Positions 53,996-64,000 of a DNA stretch of 64,000 nucleotides are shown here, piece after piece. The stretch comes from Eledone cirrhosa. Taxonomy: Eukaryota. The stretch's first letter is position 1, and each line of letters opens with the position of its first letter. The stretch lies in NCBI GenBank assembly GCA_964016885.1, contig OZ024742.1, forward strand, positions 63,860,001 to 63,924,000, in the 5' to 3' direction. A program made the translations under genes and the position numbers. Below the pieces are notes generated by a model, which saw nothing but the letters and a program-made list of their open reading frames with translations, was not told where the DNA came from and ran no database searches.

Positions 53996-54232
53996 AATAT
54001 ATAAACAACCATCCGGTTATGGAACCAACCAACCAACCGGAAATTTATAAATTCCTCAATTTATAAATTTATTATAATAAATTGAATTGAAAGCAACTGG
54101 TGCGTGTGTTTCTTATTGGCAACATGACCCTCCCAAAGTATAACAATATCGGTTTCAACACACGTTTTCAGATAAAGAATCTTGCTAAACAAATTCAGAA
54201 ACGATATATATATATATATATAACGAAAAAAA

Positions 54233-54365
54233 GTGTGGTAAGGAACCAGGTGGACCATAACGCACCAGCGTACTCGATACTTAGGGTAGTAGAGTGGGTA
54301 ATAGGAAAAGAGTCAGGACCCCGACGGCTGGAGCTCAGCCATCGGGGTCCTGGTTCTTTTCCTAT
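54233..54365. repeat. Tail plus 30-bp-arm fold-back (54301-54365), family of 15756 and 37662
   Basis: ATAGGAAAAG...CCGACGGCTG gagct CAGCCATCGG...CTTTTCCTAT. Confidence 0.85.
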
Positions 54366-54377
54366 ATATACATATAA

Positions 54378-55462
54378 TCTATAAAGCTCAGTGTGTGGTC
54401 ATGCTCCTTCGTTATAGAAATCTACGATATAGAATTTCTTCAATTGAAATTTACAACTCAGTAAGCGAAATAGTTTCGATTGCGTCTTGACGCAGATAAT
54501 TTTTTCAATTTCACCCACAATTACGCAAAAAATAGATAAAACTCAATATTTTACGATTTTTCTCTCTCATTTAAACTGCTGAACTCTTTCTACTACAATT
54601 CAAAATCTATACAACTTCATACTTTCTGCTACTTTCTCTTTCCAAGCTTGATGGTGATACTGTCCGTTCACACCATTCCCTACTGTCTTAAATTTAGAAA
54701 ACACATATCCACTATGAGGTTACTAAACCTGCTAGAAACAGCAGCTAACTCTCCCCCATATCACACCCCTCCCCACACCACTCCCTACTGTCTTAAATTT
54801 AGAAAACACATATCCTCTATGAGGTTACTAAACCTGCTAGAAACGGCAGCTAACTCTCCCCCATATCACACCCCTCCCTACTGTCTTAAATTTAGAAAAC
54901 TTATCTTCTATGAGGTCACTAAACCTGCTAGAAACAGCAGCTAACTCTCCCCCATATCACACCACTCCCTACTGTCTTAAATTTAGAAAACACATCCTCT
55001 ATGAGGTCACTAAACCTGCTAGAAACAACAGCTAACTCTTCCCCATATCACACCACTCCCTACTGTCTTAAATTTAGAAAACACATCCTCTATGAGGTCA
55101 CTAAACCTGCTAGAAACAACAGCTAACTCTCCCTCATATCACAACCCTCCCTACTGTCTTAAATTTAGAAAACACACAGACAACCATGCAGAACAACTCC
55201 ATCGCAGCTCTGTTGTTCGGCTGGCATCGTCTACGCGCGTGTTGCGCAAGTACTGTGAAACAATAAATTTCAACACTTTTTTGCACAGAGATAATATTCA
55301 TAGGCGAAACTACAATTGTCACTGCTGGCGCAGCTCATGCTTCCAGGTCTGCAATTGATTCACCCAGTGCCTGGCAGACAAAAAAGTGCTGCCATAAAAT
55401 GGGTGGTGCAACCTAACTTTGGTAACTTAATGACCCCGAGCAACGCCGGGCTTTAATGCTAG
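54378..55462 (+). mobile_element. Non-autonomous Helitron containing a ~91-bp tandem repeat (54669-55177)
   Basis: a|TCTATAAAG start; CCCG-AGCAACGC-CGGG hairpin then CTAG|t end; TACTGTCTTA recurs at 54681, 54786, 54879, 54970, 55061 and 55152. Confidence 0.65.
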
Positions 55463-55466
55463 TATA

Positions 55467-55502
<36 letters not shown>

Positions 55503-55568
55503 TGTATGTATGTATGTATGTGTGTATTTATACACGCACACACACACACACGCACACACACACACGCA

Positions 55569-55627
<59 letters not shown>

Positions 55628-55651
55628 GCATGCATGCACATATGTATATAC

Positions 55652-55682
<31 letters not shown>

Positions 55683-55983
55683 TGTATGTATGTATGTGTG
55701 TGTGCATGCGTGATTGTATGTATGTTTGTCTCTCCATCTAATCAGATCAGTTTAAGCTCTCACTACATAATTGCTCAGAGAAACCTACTGATTCTCACTA
55801 CAGCATCTCACCCCAACCTACCTCTACCAACCACCACTCACTTTAGTATCTCACTTTAACATCTCACCTTCATCCACCTCTACCTCCCCATCTCTGCATG
55901 CTTTCATCTCTGTTCTACAGTGTGGGAGAGGTTAACAGAGATGAGGTGAGCTTATGTATACTCATATTCGTATACGTATGTAT

Positions 55984-56445
55984 GGTGTAAAGGCGCACAG
56001 TTAAATGCAGGCATGAGCAATCTTTTTCGAGCAGTAGGCCGCATAGGATGTGGTTCATCATATGGAGGGCTGCACAACTAAAAACTTCAAGGCAATTTTA
56101 AAATTAGGTTTGCCCTTCAGAAAGCCAAACGGGCCGCATGCGGCTCACGAACCGCAGTTTACCCATGACCGGTTTAATGATTAGTGTATTCGGCTCAGGA
56201 TCGTAAGGTTCTGAGTTCGACTCCCGGTGGTGTGTTGTGTCCTTGATCACTTTAAGTCACGCCCACTTAGCTAGCAAGAATGAGTTAAACATGTAATTCA
56301 AAGGACACTATCGTACACTGAATCTCGTTGAATCTCCCTGAGAACTACGTTAAGGATACACAAGTCTGTAAAATGTTCAATCACTTGCACCTTAATTTCA
56401 TGAGCAGGCTGTTCCGTTGTACCAACAGGAACACTCGCCGTCGGT
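55984..56445 (+). mobile_element. tRNA-derived CORE-type SINE interrupted by a hAT MITE; 3' fragments also at ~33345-33480, ~48450-48585 and ~56940-57010
   Basis: GAGTTCGACTCCC B-box, GTTGTGTCCTTGA core and a shared 3' block. Confidence 0.7.
56008..56171. mobile_element. hAT-type MITE with 8-bp TSD
   Basis: GTTAAATG|CAGGCATGAGCAA...TTACCCATGACCG|GTTTAATG; internal GGCCGCA motifs. Confidence 0.7.
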
Positions 56446-56504
56446 ATGTGTGTATGTGTGTGTGTGTGTGTGTGCGTGTGTGTGTGTGTGCGTGCGTGTG
56501 TGTG

Positions 56505-56535
<31 letters not shown>

Positions 56536-56656
56536 ATTTACGGTATGCAATTCAATTCAAGCACTCTACGTACTTTTTCCACATAGGAATGACGGAGTAT
56601 ATTTAGAATGAGAAAATGCGAAGTAGTTTCAGATGTTAAAGTCCTTTATCGATAAG

Positions 56657-56731
56657 GCTGTGATACATATTTCAATGACGACAGTGGGTACGCAATTCTG
56701 CGTACCCAGTGTCATGATCTCATCAGACAGC
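56657..56731 (-). ncRNA. Type I hammerhead motif with ~19-bp stem II
   Basis: GCTGT-CTGATGA-gatc ATGACA c TGGGTACGCA gaat TGCGTACCCA c TGTCGT catt-GAAA-TATGT-ATC-ACAGC. Confidence 0.8.
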
Positions 56732-56834
56732 TTCTTACATAATAATGTTACGTTCTCGAGGCAATCAAAATTAAAACGACAATATATATATATCATTTAA
56801 TGTCCGTTTTCCTTGCTACATATATACACATACA

Positions 56835-56914
<80 letters not shown>

Positions 56915-57954
56915 TACATACATATATACGTGTGTGTGTTGGACCTCTGTTGGTTCCGATGACGAATGTTCTAGTTGTTTGATCCACGGAACTACCTATT
57001 CATGCAATTAAAAAATTCATATAAAAACATTAGTGTCTGCAGTTCTGTTCACAAGAGCAAGAATGAAGGGTTCATTCTACTGACATGGCTATAAAATAGA
57101 GGGTTGTTTGCATAATTGCAAACGAATCGAATGTTATTATTAATATTCGACAAACTCAGATTACATTTAAAAAATCCATATATAACTGTCAAAGTGGGAA
57201 ACAAACTAAGAGTGAAAACATTGCCTACAAACATAAAACAGGTTTCTCGTTGATAACTTTGCTCAATTGACTAAAGCAGGAAGTATTTCTGTAATTTCAA
57301 TTATCTCTATTTCTACATTATACTATACTAATATACATAGATACCATTTTTAAATAAATCTACCAATTTAGCCAAAGAGTGCGTCGAAATATTTTAAATT
57401 ATTCTTAAGTTCACCATGAGCCAAAAAAAAAAAAAAAAAATTGGAATCCACTAGTGTAGGCGGACGCTTCATATCCTAGAAGTAGCAGCCAAATTCCCTC
57501 AAATCACATCTTCCCGTAGTAAAAAAAAATAGAAGGGCATATTCGCCAATGGAGTCCTAGATATCGTCAAAGTGACAAGGTCGTTAGAATATCGGATAGA
57601 ATGATTTGTGATATTTTTCCGGCCCTCTGCCGTTCAAATCACACTACGATCGTCTTTGCCTTTCACCCTTTCGAGGTCGATAAATAAAATACCAGTTCAA
57701 TGCTAGGGTCGATTCTCCCCCCCCCCTCTCCCCACCTTTCTCTCTCTCTCTTGCTCCTACTCCTGACTCTGTGAAAGAAATAGGTTGTATTTATACATGG
57801 TGAGGGATGGGCTCCACGAAGTTTCAATGCACATGACATGCAAATACGATTCCACCAAATGTTAAGACCCCTTGGGTAGTTAATCATAGATAGACAAAAA
57901 TAAAACCGACATGATGGTCATGGTTGGCAGGGGCTAAACACAACTACCAACAAC

Positions 57955-58385
57955 AATAATGGTTTCTGATTTAGGCACAAGGCCTACAATTTTTTTGGGG
58001 GGAGGGGGTCGACTAAATCGACTCCAGTGCGTTACTGGTACTTTATTTTATCGATCTCGTAAGGATGAAAGGCAAAGCTAACCTCGGTGGGATTCGAACT
58101 CAGAATGTAAAAGGACGTAACTCAATGTCCTATGCTCTGCCGATACTCCCAATCAACAACAATAATTGTTTCTACTTTAGGCACAAGGCCAGCAATTTGA
58201 AGAGGAGAGAGAAAGTCGATTAAATCGACCCCAGTGCATTACTCGTGCATTATTTTATCGACCCGGTAAGGCTGAAAGGCAAAGCTGACCATGGCGGGAT
58301 TTGAACTCAGAACGTAAAGGGTCGTAACTCTATGTCGCAGAGCATGGTGTCCGATGCTCTACCCATTCTGCCAATCCACCACCCT
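57955..58385 (-). mobile_element. Two tandem SINE copies
   Basis: Two reverse-complement family cores joined head-to-tail. Confidence 0.8.
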
Positions 58386-59134
58386 CCAATCCACAACAAT
58401 AATAACAACATAAAAAGGCAACTAAGTCACACAGGTGTTTTCCCACTCGCTACAAAATTTCGATAATAAAGTAAACAGAAGCCATCACGAAATACATAAG
58501 CAGAAGACAAGACCTTATGTCATGGCTATAAAATATGGTTGGTTGACAGATAAGTTGCTATTAATATGCTTCTTATGTATATTTTGTTCCATCTCCCTTC
58601 CTTTTTACATCGTATTATTTACAATTGTTATATATTATGATGTTTTCATTGGTCCAGTTTTCGATCGTCATCAGATCAGGTGTCATAATTTGTGTGTGTC
58701 TGTGTCTGTGTACATATATATATAGATATATATATGTATGTGTGGGTGTGTGTGTGTGTGTGTGTGTATACGTGGGGTGGGGTGTACACACACACAAACA
58801 TTTAGTGCAAGTCAAGCGGCAATATAGTAGTTTTTACCTGTCGCCGAGTTTTTGACAGAGAGCCAGTTTCTCCAGGATAGAACGAAAGTCTATTGCATAT
58901 AACTTTCCCACGACGAAAAGGTTCAATACAATATAGAATGCAGTGTCTCACTGATGTCCACGTAAATGCCACACTACTACCGAACTAATTACTTTTTCTT
59001 AGCTAATTATTTACACCGTGTGTATAGTCTGATCTCTTAAGATCTACCGACAGACTGGATATGAACTCACGACCTTTTATATCGATCCTGCAATACCCTA
59101 CTGACCTAAAAAAGGTTCACCAGTGCCTCTATAA

Positions 59135-59355
59135 ATAATTGTTTCTAACATTAGCCCAATGCTAGCAATTTGGAGGAAGAGGAAAGTTCATTATATTGAC
59201 CACAGTATTTTACTGGTACTTTATTTTATCGCCCCCAGAAGGATGAAAGGCAAAGTTGACTTCGGTGGGATTTGAGCTCATAACATAGAGTGTCGTAACT
59301 AAATACCACAAATCATTTTATTCGACGCTTCACCGACTCTGCCATTCCACCGAAG
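59135..59355 (-). mobile_element. SINE copy
   Basis: Reverse complement of the family head, core and tail. Confidence 0.8.
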
Positions 59356-60177
59356 TAATGCCCCAATAAATAATGTTATCCATTTATCATTCATATTTGA
59401 ACACCATGTCCACCGAAACAATTCCCTTGGAAATGTGAACATGAGGATTTCTGGACAGACCCCATAACTGATTTCAAACTTATAGATTGCTCGGTGACAC
59501 TCCTCAGGGATGTCTTCGCGGATTTGTCCACATTTTCTGGCAATTTGTTAGTGATTGATCACCCAGAACTCTTACCATATTGAACCAACAATTGCCTGGC
59601 TTTGGGCGACATGTCACCCCGCAAAAACTGTTTAATCTTCGACTTTTGTCGAAGTCTGACGAAACATTTTGAGGATTTACTGGGATTCATATAAATTACA
59701 GAGCAGGAAAAATGATCAAATTCTTAATCTATCGTAAATCCCGCAGAGCGGCTCTAACACAACGTTTCAAAACTTCATATATTCAGTATATAGCAAGGAA
59801 ACTGTTTTAGACTTACTTAGTAGACTGGCTACCAATGATCATCAGCTATGCATACATTTCCATCGAAATACACCCAGTTTCTGTATATTTTAGTACCTGT
59901 CTAATTTATGTTTGTGTTTATATTTCTATATATTATCGTATATCAATCTAAATTCCTATTATAGTCTACTCCCGATAATTTGATGCTCAGTAGAGCTGCT
60001 TACATTGGTATATGAGTTGCGCTATGTTTAGCATTCCCGCCAAACCCGCTGCTACAATATTGTGACAGCTACTATGGCAACACCCTTGGAGTCCAGTATG
60101 TAGATAGCTGATATTTTGGGTGACTATTAGGACGGCCTACTGATGAAACAATTTGTCAGCATTTTCTATTCCGTTTA

Positions 60178-60220
<43 letters not shown>

Positions 60221-60224
<4 letters not shown>

Positions 60225-61664
60225 ATTACATGAATCAAAGTTCTGTTCAAACCATTTATTCGTTTACAATTGTTTCTTCCAAACCTAGGTTTGAAGTCTT
60301 CGGAGCAATTTTTCAATGATTGTTTACATACATGACCTCCTTTCCAACACAAGAGACATACAGAAACATATGTATATATTGATGCACAGTGGGTTGACAT
60401 CCATTATAATATTTTAGCATGGCAATTTACATTCAAAGATTAAAGTCATATTAAAAGAAAACAAAATTAAAGTTAAAATACAACATTGGCAGTTTACGAA
60501 GATAATGCAAGAGGATAGTTAGAAGTAGTTAGTGTATGCAATAGTTACACGTGGGGCATGCACGTGTGTCTTATTTATATAAGATTATAGTGCGGCAGGG
60601 TGTTATATGTAATACAAGCACTTTAAGCGGGAAATCAAGAGTACTATGGAGGTTGTATTGGTAAAGTATTTTTTTATATGTATGATATAGAAGCTTGTGT
60701 GCAGAGAAATATTAAACATATTAAAAATGAGGAGCAAAACAATGTTATGGTTTTCGTATACACCACCATTTTCACAATCCAGGAAACGTAATATATAGAT
60801 TATATGTCCTACACATAATCTACGATGATTCAATATTGGATGCTTGATGAATTAGGTTAGAATATTACAGCTTGTTGTTCTTTAATCCAATTTTATAGAG
60901 CAGGTTGTTTTTGTTGCGAGAATTAACATCGTATTATTTTCCGGAAAATAATACGATGTTAATTCTCGCAACAAAAACAACCTGCTCTATAAAATTGGAT
61001 TAAAGAACAACAAGCTGTAATATTCTAACCTAATTCATCAAGCATCCAATATTGAATCATCGTAGATTATGTGTAGGACATATAATCTATATATTACGTT
61101 TCCTGGATTGTGAAAATGGTGGTGTATACGAAAACCATAACATTGTTTTGCTCCTCATTTTTAATATGTTTAATATTTCTCTGCACACAAGCTTCTATAT
61201 CATACATATAAAAAAATACTTTACCAATACAACCTCCATAGTACTCTTGATTTCCCGCTTAAAGTGCTTGTATTACATATAACACCCTGCCGCACTATAA
61301 TCTTATATAAATAAGACACACGTGCATGCCCCACGTGTAACTATTGCATACACTAACTACTTCTAACTATCCTCTTGCATTATCTTCGTAAACTGCCAAT
61401 GTTGTATTTTAACTTTAATTTTGTTTTCTTTTAATATGACTTTAATCTTTGAATGTAAATTGCCATGCTAAAATATTATAATGGATGTCAACCCACTGTG
61501 CATCAATATATACATATGTTTCTGTATGTCTCTTGTGTTGGAAAGGAGGTCATGTATGTAAACAATCATTGAAAAATTGCTCCGAAGACTTCAAACCTAG
61601 GTTTGGAAGAAACAATTGTAAGCGAATAAATGGTTTAAACAGAACTTTGATTCATGTAATTTCT
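60221..61664. repeat. 1,444-bp zero-spacer palindrome F (722-bp arms, centre TTCC|GGAA at 60942/60943) with right-side tail 61665-61826, between (TA)n tracts
   Basis: Mirror ORF coordinates sum to 121885; only 2 mismatches seen, both distal; homologous to 28008-28713. Confidence 0.95.
61577..61625 (+). ncRNA. Hammerhead-like motif (CCGAAGA core; mirror 60260-60308, - strand)
   Basis: TTGCT-CCGAAGA-c TTCAAAC ctag GTTTGGA a-GAAAC-AATT-GTA-AGCGA; palindromic loop III. Confidence 0.7.
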
Positions 61665-61824
61665 ATATAACTGCTCTGTAGAACAACTGATGTTATTACA
61701 TTGAGCTATTTATCTTACTGGTAATAAGGTAGTCATAAATTACTGTCTTTCACTATTTAGGGTTTAAAATATATATAACTATAAAAGGTTTTAGTATATA
61801 CATAACCATAAATAGTATCCTTAA

Positions 61825-61879
<55 letters not shown>

Positions 61880-61882
<3 letters not shown>

Positions 61883-62223
61883 TGTACCCCCGGCATTCAC
61901 GGGCCCGGTTATTCGCGGAATTTTTCTAAGCACCTAACTAACAAGTGTTCGTGGAAACCACCACATATTCACGGAATCGTAAATAACTTCCGTGATTTTT
62001 TATGGCTTTTTCGTGGCATTATATATTTTTTCGCGCTTTTTAACGCTAAATTATTAATAACAAAATACCGTGTTTGCCGGCCTATATTTTACGTTATGTT
62101 TTGTCGTTTATAGGCATTTTTATGAACCACGTCCAATATTCGCGGTTTTTAATCTTCGTGGATGCTCTAGGAATAGGAACGTAAACCCCCCCCCCCCCCC
62201 CCGCGAATACCAGTGGACAATTG
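61880..62223. mobile_element. Tigger/pogo-like MITE
   Basis: ta|CAGTGTACCCCCGGCATTCACGG...CCGCGAATACCAGTGGACAATTG|ta: imperfect TIRs, TA flanks, repeated TTCGCGG motifs. Confidence 0.6.
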
Positions 62224-62482
62224 TATATGAATGTATGTGTGTGTGTGTAGTTTAGTATCTTTTTAGTTTAATGATTCAGTCTAAATGTCGACGACACTGC
62301 CACTTTTCTACTTATATATTTGAATGTTTTAAATACTACGAAATGTTAAACACATTTTCTAATATTTAATCTAATATACATATTTAGTTTAATATATATT
62401 TAGTTTAATGTGTAGTTTAATTTAATATATATTTAACTAAATAGCTATTTAGTTCAGTTGCTGTTTTAGCAACGAGGTGGAG

Positions 62483-62716
<234 letters not shown>

Positions 62717-63919
62717 GGGGGGGGGGAGGATGAGGAGGGGGAATCAATTGAATCGAGAAACGGTCAATGCTCGGAATCGAGCTGACGCTGCTGAATTCCA
62801 ATGCTATAAACTTTTATTCTTTATGGCACGGGATACTGGATCTTACTTCACGGGGAATTATGATAGTATCTCAAGGATATCTTGTTGATGACTGCACCTC
62901 GCATATTCCAGGTAATTTTTCATTCCGAATATTATTGTTCCATTGTCTAAGTGGTCTGATGGCGGGATTTGTTATGGAAAGATTAAATACCCAGACAAGA
63001 CTGGTATAGTCAATGAGGGTGAGTATGTTGTGGAGATGTTGCATTTAGTCCCTAGTATGTGTGTATGTATGTATGTCAGGTCGCTCTCGGGTGCTACTGG
63101 TAACATGTGACCCAGTACAACCTGTCTCATGGTTGGGTCGTCGGCGACTAAACTGGCAACCCCACCAAGCTCGATTGGTGAGGAGGATGATATTTGTACA
63201 CCCTGCAAAATGAATACAAGACCCAGCAAAGGGCGGATGAACTCAACAGTGTCAACGGCCATCAAAATAGTAATTTTTTTTTTTTTTCACCTAGCAGTGA
63301 AAGGCCCCCAGTTGTTGTCACAACACCTTTCTAGGAGAGGGAAACTCTGAAAATAAACCTGCAGCTTCGGAAGCATCCGATGATATTGACCAGTTCTCCT
63401 TTTCGGGTAGTGTTTTCGATACTCAGAGAGTGAGATTGGTCGAGTGCAAGGCCTCTCCCCACTTATAAAAACATTCAAAGTACAGGCATTGCTTTTCAGG
63501 ATATGTTATAGGTTTGTGTGACTGGCCGTAGCCTAAAGGTGCACCAAACTCTATAATCCTCCACGCAATTGTAGTACTGTTAACAGAGTTTGCAGTCATC
63601 ATATATATATATTTATGTATGTATGCAGCTCTATGCCTCCAATATTAGGTGAAACAACATGCATGGTGTGCAAAAAAAAATCTGCAAATCAATTTCTGGT
63701 CTTAAAAGGCATATGAGGTACATAAGGATTACATCCAGCAAACTGACCGAATTAATCCAGTTACATTTGCTGCAGACCGTGCAAATCTGCAGCTGGACTT
63801 AAAAGAGGCCACGAACAGACGTTTGGAGCTGGTGACGGTTTATGGGGGCGCATCGGGAGACGGCAATGATCTGTAAATATGAAGCAATCACTATGTATGT
63901 ATGTATGTAATATATGTAT

Positions 63920-63961
<42 letters not shown>

Positions 63962-64000
63962 CATGCACGCACACACACACACACACACACGCACACATAT

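Larger units (their letters stand above)
51581..54203 (+). mobile_element. 5'-truncated Penelope-like element with inverted ~297-bp terminal repeats (51581-51877 / 53849-54147) and a 3' tail, in (TA)n
   Basis: Inverted repeats read directly; RT and GIY-YIG coding region between them. Confidence 0.93.

Noticed and set aside
56172-56230. tRNA gene
   Set aside because: B-box belongs to a SINE head; no complete cloverleaf
63078-63160. HDV-like ribozyme in an RTE-associated 5' region
   Set aside because: P2 (CCAGT/ACTGG), P4 and a CTAA junction are suggestive, but P1 and P3/L3 could not be folded canonically
62767-63880. Host exons (donor-like CAG|GTAATT at ~62911; acceptor-like TTTACAG on the - strand at ~63871)
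   Set aside because: No recognisable protein similarity or linked exon chain; needs RNA-seq

Overview
AT-rich, microsatellite-dense eukaryotic repeat region. The SINE and LINE types suggest an octopus/cephalopod genome, which is an inference from recalled repeat motifs. No intact host gene is supported. Bases 1-12.1 kb are a 37-bp tandem satellite with a 3,841-bp higher-order duplication. The rest is a mosaic of decayed retroelements (R4/Dong-like RLE LINEs, RTE LINEs, Penelope-like elements, SINEs) and DNA transposons (Merlin, mariner, Helitrons, MITEs). The most striking unexplained structure is a recurring set of near-perfect fold-back palindromes (arms 30-722 bp) sitting in (TA)n tracts. 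Most carry type I hammerhead ribozyme motifs on both arms and a non-duplicated tail on one side. They can be traced to the termini of Penelope-like elements in the same window. At least 14 hammerhead-like motifs (counting mirror copies) can be folded by eye, including forms with a very long stem II and U3:A8 or U4C core variants. Coordinates were read by eye and may be off by a few bases.
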